A stretch of DNA of 63,131 nucleotides, the filler included, from Octopus bimaculoides (taxonomy: Eukaryota): assembly GCF_001194135.2 (NCBI RefSeq). It is 8 parts of 7 records of this genome, joined end to end, with 100 filler letters (N's around TTAATTAATTAA, not from the genome) between each part and the next. Parts side by side here need not be neighbours in the genome. Positions count along the whole stretch, not along the records: positions 8,068 to 13,328 come from NC_068981.1; positions 13,429 to 19,217 come from NC_068998.1; positions 19,318 to 38,254 come from NC_068999.1; 5 more parts are not named here. One strand, 5' to 3'. The notes beneath the pieces are model-generated. The model made no database searches. It was not told where the DNA came from and saw only the letters and a program-made list of their open reading frames with translations. Of the stretch, positions 11,070-25,830 are shown one piece after another. Each line of letters opens with the position of its first letter. The first letter of the stretch is position 1. Both the position numbers and the translations under genes were made by a program.

Positions 11070-11434
11070 ATGTGTGCGTGCGCGCCGTGTCTGTGTGCGC
11101 ATATATATTTCTCCCTGCGCCATAAGCTGTAGCTCATTGTTCCGATAGCTTATAGGTTTGCAATCTGAACAATGTCCTATCTTTATATGAATATTTTCAG
11201 CTACACTACTTCAGTTGTCAGACGTAATAATAAAAATGGGTCGAATTTGTTCTACTTTGCGATATTCAAGACTAAAGGCAAGACAGGAATATATATGAGA
11301 CGATAGAGTTTCCAAAATTAAAGTCTCCATATATTTCAATCCGCAAACTTTTGGGTTGATGCAGTACATTCGTGTTTCAACAAAGCTTCCAATAAATGGC
11401 ACATGAAAATCTCGAGTATACAATGGAAACATAT

Positions 11435-11651
11435 ATTGGTCTCAAATTTTAGTACAAGGCCAGTAAGTTCAGGGGAGTGGGTTAGTCGATCACATAGACC
11501 CGAGTGCTCAACTGGCATAATATTTATTGACCCCTACAGAATAAAAGCCAAAGATGACCTCAGCAGAATTTGAACTCAAAACGTACAGATGGACGAAATA
11601 TTGTAACCCATTTTGTGCGGTGCGGCTACGATTCTACCAGCTCGCCACCTT
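11435..11651 (-). mobile_element. Family A SINE
   Basis: Reverse complement has the ggtggcgagctggtagaatcg head, gagttcaaattc box B and the shared core. Confidence 0.8.
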
Positions 11652-12113
11652 CTAATGACAACATATATTGATAAAGAAAATTTATTAATGCTTATGACGA
11701 AAGATGTTTCTCATAGCAACATGAAATTGACTTAACAAAGCACACACAAAAAAACATTCGATCCGGGGAACTAAAGCGAGCTTTCAAGCTTTCTACAGAA
11801 CTTTCATATAGCACTGGCATTTCTTTCTTTCTTCTTTTTTTTTCACACTTCTAGCAAAATGAAAAAAGAAAAAGAACATCTACGACGAGAATGGTGAGAA
11901 AGATCTTGGGAATTGCGGTTTAACAAATGCTTCGGCTTCTCTTTCTCTTGTTTTTTCTGCACCTCACTTTTCCTCGCTCTTTATCAGACGATCACGCAAT
12001 TTATCTGCCTTTGTCAATTATCTCCCAGTCTCTTTCTCCCTCTCACTCTCTCACTCATTCTCTCCCTCTCTCTTTCCTCTCTCCCCGGCTCTCTTCTGCT
12101 CTCTCCTTCTTGT

Positions 12114-12151
<38 letters not shown>

Positions 12152-12879
12152 CAATCTCACTGCCTTTTTATCTGTATAACTTTATATCTAGTACTCTATC
12201 TATACTCCAGCTGTAGGCCTAAGTACTAAGTAACTATCTGTTTTACAAATTATCTCTCTATCTACCATTTCTATCTATTTAACATACTACCAATGCACCA
12301 CCTTAGCGCACTGATTTCTACGCATGAAATCGAGGCTTTTGTTGCACTTTCTGATGTATTTTATTTATTTCATATTTAGATTCACGTTTTATGTCTTTGT
12401 TTTGTTTTTGCAAGGTGCATTTTTTTTGTTTAGCTAAATTTATATATTTCTTTTTAAAGGCAACCTTTTGATAAATGGTCATATTTCTGCATATCAATGC
12501 CACATGTCTAAAGGTTGTCAACTAAAAGCTAAATCTTGTCTTTTCCAGTCAGGAACACCACCATTTTTTTATTTCCATAATTGATAGCAACTAGAACAAG
12601 GCTGCTAACATTTTGCATTTTTCTTTCCCATTTTCTAATTATGATCTTTGTAATATATTTTTTATACTTTTATTTTGTAATATTTAAAGATTATTCTGTC
12701 TTATTTGTTTATTTTTTTATTATTTTATTACAAATTTTTTACATTTACTATTTTTCTCTCTTTCCCTTTTTTCGCCTGTTTTTTTGTTTTTTTTTTCTTT
12801 GCTTTCCCTTTTTCATGTATTTATGTATCCTTATGATCTTTCGACATACAATATTTATTTTCATTATTTCTTTGAGTAG

Positions 12880-13035
12880 AAGGGCTGTTGATGGCAGAAG
12901 CAGTAGAGTAATGGATAAAATGCATCTGCGATATTTAGTCCCGTCCCTTTATGTTCTGAGCTAAAATTCCACCGAGATCAACCTTACCTCTCATCCTTCA
13001 AGCATCAATAAAATAGGTAACAGTTAAGTACTGAG
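12880..13035 (+). mobile_element. Degenerate family A SINE
   Basis: tggcagaagcagtag head, ttctgagctaaaattccaccgagatcaacctt..tcatcctt core. Confidence 0.6.
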
Positions 13036-13134
13036 GGTCTGTTTCTTTATTACCCATGCGGGTCAACATAGACGGGTTCTGTACTGAGGGTCGAGTCTTC
13101 GACAGTAATCTCGCTCAAGCAATCCCAACTTCTG

Positions 13135-13310
13135 TAGGCGCAGGAGTGGCTGTGTGGTAAGTAGTTTGCTTACCAACCACATGGTTCTGGATTCAATCCC
13201 ACTGCGTGGCACCTTGGGCAAGTGTCTTCTACTATAGCCTCGAGCCAACCAAAGCCTTGCGAGTGGATTTGGTAGATGGAAACTGAAAGAAGCCCGTCGT
13301 ATATATATAT
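13135..13310 (+). mobile_element. tRNA-derived SINE, family B, 5' half
   Basis: ggcgcaggagtggctgtgtggtaag (box A) and ggattcaatcc (box B), then ccttgggcaagtgtctt (CORE-like) and a TA/TG tract. Confidence 0.85.
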
Positions 13311-13428
13311 ATGTGTGTGTGTGTGTGTNNNNNNNNNNNNNNNNNNNNNNNNNNNNNNNNNNNNNNNNNNNNTTAATTAATTAANNNNNNNNNNNNNNNN
13401 NNNNNNNNNNNNNNNNNNNNNNNNNNNN

Positions 13429-13790
13429 ACAATACCTATTGTCATAGGTGCCCTGGGAATGACAGCGAAACGGGCTGATTACTACCTAGCTCAGATACCA
13501 GGAAACCCCAAAATGGCTGAAGTCCAAAAGATAGTGCTCATGGGAACTGCCCATATCCTACGTAAAATACTGTCTATGTGATCTCAAATTTTAAAGCAAA
13601 CATAATTTTCTTATGGTTTCTTAAACATTCACTTGAACAAAACTGTACAAATCCAAATATATGGTACCCTAGGCATAACACCTACATGAACTTCTAACTT
13701 GTTGTCTCTTGAGGTCTCTGGGTGAGACTTGGATCCAACTTGTACAAATGCAAAACAAAAGTCAAACATAAAATAATAATAATAATGAAA
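13429..13790 (+). mobile_element. R4/Dong-like LINE 3' end with 3' UTR and (TAA)n tail
   Basis: TIPIVIGALGMTAKRADYYLAQIPGNPKMAEVQKIVLMGTAHILRKILSM* (stop 13579-13581), then a UTR ending in aaaataataataataat. Confidence 0.8.
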
Positions 13791-13849
13791 GGAAGTGGGT
13801 GGAATCTACCCCATGTCCTTATTAAAAATACATGTAATGATGTGATGGT

Positions 13850-14490
13850 GTCACAGTAAAAACACAGGTAATTGCGCAAGCTGATAATTGCTACCTCATA
13901 TGAGTAACAATGAAAAAACAAAATATTGTGAATAACGGTGATAATGAAACTGAAGCTTTTGATGGTTACAGTATTGCACCCGGCAGGCTCAAAGATTCTG
14001 GTTCGGCTCCAGCCTGTCGATATCCAGAAAGGGACCACCACACACGGCGTACATGTAGCAAGCAAATTAATGCTGTGGTGATGGAGTATTACTACCTGAG
14101 CAACCCGGTAGATGAAAATGGTGCTCGAATTAGAGGTTACCCACCACGTATGTATGGTCATTGGAGCGAAAAGGGATTGTTTCAACTCACGGAACAGAGA
14201 CTGTGTAATTAAAGTAGAGCGATAAGAAAAAATTGTTGGTTCGCAGAAGTAGAGCTCGAAGCTATCAAAGGACGGGTATTGGAAAATAGCAGTAGTTCTA
14301 ACTAATAAAAGTAATCTCATAGCACAGGGAACGTGTAGTGGTAGCTTACTTGATGAGAGACGTATAGATGTTCTGAAAGAAGACAATAAAATTAATGGTG
14401 ACATGACAGATGAACAAAAGGCAATCTACGACAGAATAAAGGCAAGAATACAGGAGAACGATAACATTGATCTAATAGTATCCGGGACCC
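13850..14490 (+). mobile_element. R4/Dong-like LINE N-terminal ORF fragment
   Basis: VVMEYYYLSNP...RGYPPRMYGHWSEKG...EQRLCN*SRAIRKNCWF..VELEAIK resembles the N-terminal region of these elements. Confidence 0.65.
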
Positions 14491-14729
14491 TGCCTGTGGA
14501 ACTTATCTAGGTCGACCATACGGGACACATTTGTGAATTGTGTAATCGACCAATTTAAAATAGTGGAAAATTTATGCTACATCTATTTACATGTCCACAA
14601 ATTACTCTAGATACGATTTGGAAAACGTGATGCTATTTGCTGATCTCCACAGTGGGTCATTTAAGAAATCAAATAGTTAACTGTCAAACACTTGGAAGCA
14701 ACTGTGTAGGCTTGTGAGGATTTTACATT

Positions 14730-15090
14730 TCCCTCTCCTTTCGGTTAGCACCACTCTATCAAGGTGTGCATCCAAAATATTGTTCCCATCGCTCACTATC
14801 ATTAAATAGCAAGAGATCCCGAGGAAATCTTCCAACCATCTGAAGAAACATGTCTGCACCACCCGAAGTCGGGCCGTACATAGCTACTAGTCTGAAAGCT
14901 CCATATTCTTTACTGCGCCCATCCAGAAGCACCAGTTTACCATTTGGGTTCAGGAGGATCATCTGTACCTCGAGATTCTGGGCTTTCGTAAAAAGAACTG
15001 CCACCGCGACTCCCATTTCAGGCCGATTAAGTGATTGGTATATCTCAAAATCGCCGCAAATAGACGCTAGATCGTATGTCGGCAATCCTG
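14730..15090 (-). mobile_element. Tx1/L1-type AP-endonuclease fragment
   Basis: GVAVAVLF...NPNGKLVLLD...FRLVAMYGP followed, in a shifted frame, by DGNNILDAHLD (a decayed GDxN-type motif). Confidence 0.7.
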
Positions 15091-15357
15091 CTTTCCCCGA
15101 CGACCGTCACATCCATAGTTGGCGACCTTAGTTCAAGTATGATCCCGGCCACGCACGGTTATAGAAAACACTCTTAAAAACGCCATGATGAGTTTGGAGA
15201 GTAAATAATGGGGGTCTACTTGAAAACTAGATGCCGCTGGAAATCAGGAAGCTGAAAAGTTATACTTCTTTAAAAGTCTACTCTTGGCTATTACGTTAAC
15301 AGCCCCCATATCGTGTGTGAAGCTCTAGCTAATGATTTATAGAAAAGTAACAACAAA

Positions 15358-15399
15358 AACATCAATAACAAAAATAATAATAATGATGACGATTTTTTT

Positions 15400-15482
<83 letters not shown>

Positions 15483-15496
15483 CGATGATGATAATG

Positions 15497-15559
<63 letters not shown>

Positions 15560-15560
15560 G
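15358..15560. repeat. Compound (AAT)n/(GAT)n microsatellite
   Basis: Directly visible. Confidence 0.95.
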
Positions 15561-18475
15561 GCAATATGGTAGCTCTACTCGCAATAATTCTTCAGCTTTT
15601 GATAATTAATCAATAATTAAGTAGAATATATTCCTGCATTCACTCGAATTTATATTGAAGTGTATTGATGATATATGAGAAGAAAAAGACTATTATTTTA
15701 TTTCACCAAGATACATGATAATATACGACATTTCAATGAATACACTGTCATATCAGTGTATCATATCATTATGTAATACATCGATTATCGTTATATAAAT
15801 GGAATCATATCATCGATATCCTAAATTCATGCTATTTATTTAAAGTTTACTAGTATATGAAGTCTTATTGATAGCAATTATTTTCTGTTTGTCTTGACAA
15901 ATTGTTTAAGAACGATACCATTTAGGTTGTTATTTACAGAGATTGCAACATATAGATGTCTTTTTACTAAATATTCATTGTTTTATGTATATTCTTATCT
16001 TATTAAACGTTTGATAATATGCAGTATTAATTACCATTGAATAAATTACCTAAACAGATTCTTAGTGCTTCGTAAAATAGAGTCAAATTTTGATCAGTTT
16101 GTACCAATTTCACTTTGGGTTTTAGCTATCAACTACTCACCAAACTCCACTTACTAATCTACCTTCAACTCATTTATGATGTAATCTGATATTTTTTAGT
16201 CTACTTCCATCACAAATCTCTCGAGTTGTAGATATAGCGTGTACTATAATTATATAATTTTTTCAAAATATTAATTTTATCCGGTGGCATTTCAAACGAA
16301 GTACGTAAAATATGGAATTCCCTTGGGCAAATTTCATTTACAGCTTGATTATCACTGACTATTGGACTTATACCAAAATGCATTTGTAAATTTCCTGTTC
16401 ATATCGTCACACCTTTTTCAAGTTTCATCTTTGATATCAGAATATATTAATAAATTTTCAATTCATAGGGGGACGTTAACGTGATATATAGCGCTAATAC
16501 TGCAACTATAGTTGCAGTTATTCCATTTTCAAGCTGAAGCAGCCAGTTGGCAAGGTCGATTCGTTCTATTCAGGGTCTCATGATCTGAAGTTATCAAGAG
16601 TAAATTCTTCTGAATAAGGCAAATGAAAAAAAAAAACCTCATTTTTATTGTATAGCGTAATATATGAAATAATCAGGAGAATTTTAAAGGACATTAATAA
16701 GGCAATAATTACTTACATCACAATTGCATTCATGTTCATCAATAGCTGAAGCTTTCGCAAGTAGGATATCGGTAAAATCTAAAGTCTTTGGTTTGCATAC
16801 CAATAATACTAATCTGTGATGTCATGCTTGGAAAGGTATCACATGTCTGTAATCAACAAAATATAATTCATTTTTCTAAAAAATGTATGTGTAAAGGAGG
16901 TATTTTTTACGTATCCTCGAAGAAAATAGCATTGTCACTTATAAAACATATTACAAGTTCTTTTGCCGATGAGGAATACACGTAGTGTAATTAAGCTATG
17001 CAATATTTTACCAACTAACTGCAATGAAACAGCAAGCATTGCATTTGCGGCTCTTGCTTCCCGGAAATAGTTGTTACTGCAATGAGTAATGATAATATTC
17101 ACTAGTTTTACCACATACTCCTAGAGCATTTATATAAAAGCAACTACTTTTCAGATTTTCACCTGTCCTCCTCTTTAATACTATATAAATTATTACTATT
17201 TGCTTGCCATTTCGAATTCTCAAATTAACGGAATGATGCTGAATTTCACGTTCATTTATGTTGCTACATTTTCTTCTTCATTCGTATTCTTTGTCAATTA
17301 GTTCCATTATCAATTAAAACTTGATTTATTGCATGAAGAACTATTTTTTGTTCGTTTTCTTTCCTGTCCTCTATGCAAAAGGAAACGAAGTTCGCTCGTT
17401 TGTTCTCAAAAACTATTCTGAATTGTGAATTGTATTTGGAGGACTGAAGAAGACACAAATAGTAATGTTAAAAATTGTTTCGGGCTTCTAAATGTTGGAG
17501 CTTTCTCATAAGTGTTTTTAAGCTCATTATCGTTTTCCATTAATCATAGCCTTACGCAGGCATCTTTAAAAGTTAGCATATTTACTACTTGAACAAGTTT
17601 GAATTGTTCATAGAACGTGCAGAAGCAATAGATGGGGATTAAATTTTCCGTAATTGTTCGAACGTAATTACGAGCAGATAATAATATTATGTCATCTTCA
17701 TATCAATCTCTTTCCTTTTGGTCATATTCATTAAACAAGTAATGGAAAATAATTTCAGTGTTCAAGTACTGATGTGAATTTTCATTTTAATTGATGAGCC
17801 TGGAAATCACAATGAGAAGTATGTGTCTCAGTCACATTGAATTAAAACTGTTTAAAAATGTTGACTTCTTTGAAGAAAGATTGTTGATAGAATCATGTTC
17901 AAATTGAACACTAATTCCATTTCATTTCCGATAAGCTTTTACATTCTGGAATATCTGGAAATATTCCCTTGAATTTAAGAAGAAAAATTATTGAAAATCA
18001 TTTTGACTGCCACTAATGCGTTTGTGCACATAGATTTATAAACAGAATGATATACGTAAGCTTAATGCAGTGCAGATATTATTGGACGTATCATTATAAC
18101 TTTTACGCACTGAAATCATAAAAACACATGACCATTTGCGTTAAAAGATGCGACAAGAAAAATACTTAGGATAATATTTGAGTAATGTTTGAGAAATACA
18201 CGCTATCTTCCCATTACACAGACTCTTTCTCACTTACTCCCTATTCCTCACCCTGTTTTACTATCCTATATACCTCTCTCCACTCTACTATACTATGAAA
18301 AGAGACAATCCTCTCAAGAAAAATTAAATCTGGAGAATCTACTAGAATAGATGAAAGCTGTTATTTATGAAAATATGTGGCATATTAATAAAAATCTGTA
18401 AATGTACAATCATCCAGATATCTGAGTACCTTATTATTTTTCTAATATATAATTCCTGTACTTCACCTCCAAAAC

Positions 18476-18507
<32 letters not shown>

Positions 18508-19319
18508 NNNNNNNNNNNNNNNNNNNNNNNNNNNNNNNNNNNNNNNNNNNNNNNNNNNNNNNNNNNNNNNNNNNNNNNNNNNNNNNNNNNNNNNNNNNNN
18601 ATATCCATAGGAGGATATTTTTAGTAGGAAGTGGTAAAGAGTGTGATGCGCTGAAAAAAGAGAGAACAGTACTTGAAGTGTAGTGTCATTCCAGTAGTAA
18701 ATATCCGTGTAGAAATCCGTGTAAAGTAATCCTTGTGGGGATAATCCGGAAATAGATGATGGAGCGAAGGCTGGTACAGCATAGATAGCAGAGGTGAATA
18801 TATGCCATACTGCGATGGATTTTTGCTTGTTTACTTGAAGAATGGCCAAAGTCAGGTGAAAAATGAGCGGTAATTAGGTAAAGTCATGAAGACAGAATCT
18901 GAAAGGGGATAGAGGAGAGATAGAGGTGGAGGATAGTAGCGGCATATATTCATGGTCAGTTTATCTTACAGGATAGAGGGGATGAGCATATAGAGAGAAG
19001 GAGGAATGGGGGGATGAGGTTAAAAGGTCTAGTGAGTAGGAAGGAATGCGTGCATGTAGTATATAGGTGGTGGGGGTATGAGTGATAAACCAGGGGCAGA
19101 GATAAAGGGAGAGACGGGTGGGAAAGGTAGTTAGTAGTATCATATTCTAGAATGCAGCCAAACCTATTTATAGACGGTGGAAAAGAATTGAGAGAAACCT
19201 TATATATATATATATATNNNNNNNNNNNNNNNNNNNNNNNNNNNNNNNNNNNNNNNNNNNNTTAATTAATTAANNNNNNNNNNNNNNNNNNNNNNNNNNN
19301 NNNNNNNNNNNNNNNNNAT

Positions 19320-19351
<32 letters not shown>

Positions 19352-20181
19352 ATACATACGTTTATAGATATTAAATACATACATATATATGTTTTCTGTT
19401 TATATATATAAATATAAATACATGTAATTTATATATATACCTACATAGACATTTGTATCGATATATATATATCTTTTATGTATACATATATATGTGTATG
19501 CAAGTATATAGGTATGTGTATGTCAACATATACACATATGCATGTATACAATTTACTCAGTGAACAACAAATTGTAAAGAACCATACCTCTATCATCGGA
19601 TAAAGGAAGAATAAAGAAGAAAAGTAATAAGTGAAAACCCTATGTAATACGAAGGAAAAAATATATATACATAAAGGATGCTTTTACTAGGAAAAGCATT
19701 TTAGCTTCATATTGAGGCTGTTTCGTTTTACTGGTTTCGCAGATACGCACGATTGCATTAAACATCTAACTGCCTCTCGACCATAGAGAAATATTGTAAT
19801 ATAATACAGTTAGATGCGTTCAGATTTGTTATGAATAATACAGTCCTTCTTATATTGCAATGCTTCGCTATACTGTGATGTGATATTCTGTGATGTGGTG
19901 TGATGTGATATGATGAGGTATAACACACCGCTTAGAAAGATTGTGCGCTAGGTGGTCGGTTGGCCGCTTGGTCGGTAGGCCCGTGGGTTTGTTCATACAT
20001 ATTTCTCTGATATGCATTGTTGGTAGTTCTTTCATTTCTTTTTTCATTTCGGCAGGTATGTTTGGCTTCTAAATATATTTTATTTATTTATTTACGTGCA
20101 TATATTATATTTATGGCAAAGGTTATTGTTCTGGTTCACGCCCCGGTGATTGTATATGATTGTAGATGCACATATATATAG

Positions 20182-20208
20182 TTAGATAGATAGATATATA
20201 CACACACA

Positions 20209-20255
<47 letters not shown>

Positions 20256-20504
20256 GTATATATATATATATACATTCATCCATGTATATATATATGCATA
20301 CATATATGTATGCGCGTGTGTTTATTATATACATAGGTTTGTGCGTGTGCATGCACGCGTATGTATAAATAATATATATATATAAATGTATACATAAATG
20401 TATAAATACACACCCATGCACACACGCATATACACGTACATATACATATATATACATATATAGATTCATTCAAGGATCTGCATAAAGATATACACATATA
20501 TATA

Positions 20505-20601
<97 letters not shown>

Positions 20602-20647
20602 ATATATATATATGCATACATACGTGTGTGTGTGTGTGTGTGTGCAT
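20182..20647. repeat. Compound (CA)n/(TA)n microsatellite block, representative of many in the window
   Basis: Directly visible. Similar blocks occur at about 5250-5870, 22440-22720, 34930-35560, 38710-38975, 59765-60000 and 61540-63130. Confidence 0.95.
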
Positions 20648-21144
20648 GTTTCTTGTTTTTTTGTATGAGTTTTTTTTTTTTTGCTTTACTTCCAAGGTGT
20701 GCTTCTTCCGATTCCGACAATCGTATGAGAGTGTTTCTCGTTTCTGCATCCTTCCAAGCGACAGCAAGATGAACGAACGTGCAAAAGCGTGGAACACGAA
20801 ATATCGAGTGATTGAATCATCATCTCCTACAAATAAATATAATCGCTATTCACAAATACAGTGTATATCGGTTGCCAGGATATATTCGAAGAGAGAACAA
20901 CTTTACGATTGTGACAAGAATACTAAAGACTTGCAATAAAAATCTTCGCATTGCAAGAGTTTATCACCTTCTGCTGTAAGTAATTATTTACGATGTCTCT
21001 GCAGAATGGTTAAGGATAATCTAAGCACTTAATTCATGCCAAGATTGATACAAGCACATTTGGTGCAGATCAGATGCGTAATTGCTTGGCTATGCGCTGT
21101 ATTTGTGTCTATGTGTGTTAGGGTTAGGTGTAGTAATCTGACGT

Positions 21145-21228
<84 letters not shown>

Positions 21229-21369
21229 CCTACCAACCTACTGATCTATAGCTCTATATATCTATCGCTCTATCTATGTATCTATCTACCGATCCGTATA
21301 TTGGTTTGTCCGACTGTCTGTCTCACTTCCCTCACTGGCTATCTACTCTCATTTCCTCTCGATGTTTAC

Positions 21370-21414
<45 letters not shown>

Positions 21415-22504
21415 GTATATGTGTCTGTATTTGTGTATGTGTGTGCCTGTATTAGAATGCAAAATTCTATATGAAAGCAATATGAAACTAAAAGATGTTT
21501 AAATGATATAGAGTAGAGTAAATATATAAAATCATAAAAGGGACAAGTGAAGAAAGCAAGTCTTCGAAGTCCCTCTTAGGTTTTTCCTAGTGCAAAGACG
21601 TCTTTCTCTCTCTCAGCATCTGAATGCATTCGTTTTCGTATAATAATTGTACATTTGCATTATTATGCATACTTATACATGCACAAACTGACGGGAAAGA
21701 ATTCAATGCGTAATATATATATATATATATCTATATACTTTTTAATGCTACTACAGTCGTGTATCCTTGTATTACACCAACGCTAACACATGCGCAAGAA
21801 ACACAAAATTTGTCACATTTTCAATAATTCATATTTCAGAAAAAAAAAATATCAAAAGACAAGAGAAAATGAAAGACGACCGGAAAACGAGAGGAGAGGG
21901 GAAAATGCTAAGTTCAAGAATCTTGTTTGCTTCCGTCTGTTTATAAAATGTGAATTTGGCAGTTTTCTTGCTTCTCCTGAAATATTCTTGGAATTTCTTC
22001 GTCCCTTAATTGGAATGACATCTTCTGAAGCTAATGGCTCGTGCAAGAATGAAATGTTAGTGTTCTAATGATGTCTTAGATTCGTTAAAGAATTCCATAT
22101 TTTTTTAATGCTGTAATCGCCATTGGCTATTTATGACATTTGTTCTAATTATGACATGCGATTTCATAGATGCTGCATGATTCCTGCAATAATTAATGCA
22201 GCCGTGTTATTTTTGCTGTTTGTGATGGTGGGCAGGTGGCGTTATGATATTGACGATTATAATACTGATGATGATGGTGCAATGGTGATGGGTGGAGGTG
22301 GTGATGATGATGATGATGATGATAATGTAGAACATGATAATGCAACAAACACACTACATTCCAATCGCGCAAAAAAATCTACCTGCATATATCTATCTAT
22401 GTATGTCTGTGTATTTATTATACATATAAATCCCTGCTTATGTACGTATGTATATATATATATATAAAACATACGTCTATATATTGTAAACATGTTTGTA
22501 TACG

Positions 22505-22606
<102 letters not shown>

Positions 22607-24669
22607 TATATACATATATGTATATATATGTACATATATATATATATTCATGTGTGTGTATACATACATGCACTTTATATATTTGTGTGTGTGTGCATGT
22701 GTATGTACATGTATATGTATAATGTGAGAGAAAGAGGCGTGTACTTAAATCTGTATAACGAAAGCATTAGAGACCGATTTGGTTTGCTATCCAGTACCCG
22801 CTAGCCAATATAACCAAATAGACAAACAGACAGACTGACGTACTGCGCGACTGACATATCACATCGAGATAACTACATGTTATGCTGTGATGTACGCAGT
22901 ATAGATACTCAGTTTTCCGTGAATACATAATTATGTATGATTCTGTCGAAAAATCGGCACCTGATCACAGTTGAACGCTTTTGGAGAGAATTACAGGTTT
23001 CTTTCTGCAAATCCTCTCATTTAACACCGAAAGAAAGGGACTTCTATTAGCATATTAAGAAAGCATAAGTTTCCAATTTTTTGTTTGTTTTTTGTAATGT
23101 ATCTGAAATATATTTCCATAGCAATCTGGCAATCCGTATTGTGATTACATTAGGTAACAGAATACGTTTCTAGAACATCCGTATCGTGCACACCGTGCAT
23201 TTTAAATGCAATAATTGTTGTATTGTCATGAAGAATGACGAAAAAGAATGGTAATGCTGTAATTCATCGATTCTGTCTTTGATTTGCTTAGATTTTGCTA
23301 TTTTTTCTACAATTTTTCTTAGTCATTTTCGTGTTTCTTGTACAGGAACAAGTGATAGAGATTACAAACTTTTTTTCCTCTACGTGATAAACTACATATT
23401 GCCTTATTTCTTATTCCTTACTTCGTTTAGAACCTGTGTGCATATGTATATATATGTATGTGTATACCAGATTTTATAATAATAATTATATATATATATA
23501 TATANNNNNNNNNNNNNNNNNNNNNNNNNNNNNNNNNNNNNNNNNNNNNNNNNNNNNNNNNNNNNNNNNNNNNNNNNNNNNNNNNNNNNNNNNNNNNNNN
23601 NNNNNNNNNNNNTATATACACATATATATATATATATATACATGTGTATGTCTGTGTGTATTTATGTATGTATATAGACATACACACACATTGTAAGTTT
23701 GCAAGCGCGTTGCATCACAATGCTCTCACTTGATACGGAGCGGATCGTATTTTTTCCAAAACCGCTTCAATATAAGTAAATCGTCTTTTTTTTTTTATGT
23801 CACATCAACTTTTTTTCTTTAGTTATTTATATCTCCGTGGACTCATTTTCTTCTTTAATTTTGTCTTTTCTTTCATATCAATCCTTTCTTCTTTCCTCTT
23901 CCGTCATTCTTTCTTTTTCATTTTCATTGCCCAAATTTCTCCGCGATTCTTTGATATTCTGCTTAAGTTCTTCATAAGGCTCACGTTCCTGGAACTACTT
24001 ATATATTCAGGAACTTATATATATATATATTTCATCAGTTTTGGGTATTTTCAATACTCCCCCACCGAGTCTTGCTTTGTCGTATATGTATTATACTCGG
24101 TAAAAAAAAGTACGAAACAACAACGACAGTAAATTATTTTAAAAAAAGGCAAATGAATGCGTATGTATAATACGATGAAATTCTTTCATGATGACAATGT
24201 GTAATTTTATCATTACCTCTCATCAAGTTATCCAACATAATTTTATATATATATAAAAAAAGAATTTTGTAAAATTTCGAGAACTATGATATTCCACCAT
24301 TTTATACAACATATTCAATTAGAGAAACGACTAGCTATTTCTCAGAAAATGTCTTGGGACTTGCACAAACCAATTTTAAAAATTTTTTCTCAGCCGAATA
24401 AAATTATAGAAGATTATAATACAAGAAATGATACTCAGTAGAACAAAGATAGCATGTTTTTTGTCTTTTCTTGTCTTTTTTAGTGTATCACTTTTTTTTT
24501 TCTTTTGGTTTCAATGGACGTATAATCTTGCTGGCCATGACACTGAAGAATGTTCCTCTGTACATGACAGGAAATTGAGAATTTTTTTTCGATTTTCATT
24601 TTCACCTCCATTTCCATTGTTATATTTTAACCAAAGTCCTTCTTTAGAAAGACCATTTCGCCGTTTGCC

Positions 24670-24743
<74 letters not shown>

Positions 24744-24913
24744 CTCTCTCTCGCTATATATATATATATATATATAGCGAAAGAGAGAGAGAGAGAGAGC
24801 TTATTTTCACTTCTGCGATATATTTATTTTAGGCGAAACATCTGTCAATTCCTGGACGCTTTTGGTTTATGTCATATTTAATACGCTGGAAAGCAGACAC
24901 CGGTTTATTATTA

Positions 24914-24959
<46 letters not shown>

Positions 24960-25669
24960 CATTACTGCACAGAGTGAGTCACGATTTTAAGGTTTCGGTT
25001 GACATAGAAGCGTGGATGGATTTATTTTCACAGGCACAATGTGGAATCTATAATTAAGCGTGAACCACTCCACATTCTGAAAAAGCATTATATTATATAA
25101 ACATTATATCGTTCACCGAAAAACATAGATTTCACGCCGGGTGGCTAAACATACTTATTAAAGATACTAAGAATGTTAACCAGAGAAATAATAAGAAGAC
25201 CTACTGAGTTAGGGAGAGTTACAGCGAACTCAGCATGTTCCTGCTAACACACGCCTCTCGAACGTTCTTTTCTAAAGGACAAGTGTGTGCGACTTACATA
25301 TGCGTAAACCAAGGCTTCTTTCATAAATTTTAAAAAAACAGACAACTTATAGTGATGCAATTTAAATCTAGGTATACACAACTATATATATGTGTGTGTA
25401 GTGTGTATATATATATATGTATATATTTATATATATGAGTGTGTGTGTGTGTGTGTAGTGTGTATATATGTATATATGTATGTATATATGCTAAGGATAG
25501 ACCATAGTTAAACTCTTTGTTGTTTGATAATGTGAGAATAGGCTGTGTGGATTGCAATGACGTCTGTAAAAGAATGAATTTGTTTTTCTCCAACTCTATA
25601 CAAGGCACAAATAGAACAACGGCAAAAAAAGTGCAGAATGCTAAAAGCAACTAAGGCTACACCATTGAA

Positions 25670-25830
25670 GGCGACGAGCCGGCAGCATGGTAAGCACTCC
25701 GCGCTAAGAATGCCTAGCATCCTTTCCTCAGTCTCACATTCTGAGTCCAAATTCCGCCGAAATCAACATTGCCTTTCATCATTTAGGGATCGATAAAATA
25801 ACAACCAGTTGAGCATTGGAGTCGATCTAC
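25670..25830 (+). mobile_element. Degenerate family A SINE
   Basis: ggcgacgagccggcagcatgg head and ttctgagtccaaattccgccg...gcctttcatc...gatcgataaaat. Confidence 0.7.

Noticed and set aside
18600-19150. Penelope GIY-YIG coding fragment (also 61310-61540)
   Set aside because: Only faint PxGLN-like resemblance; too decayed to call without a profile search.
24285-24460. Missing Ly6 exon suggested by minus-strand CYLCS (about 24440-24455) and CCIKW (about 24297-24311)
   Set aside because: In-frame stops flank both motifs and there are no suitable splice sites.
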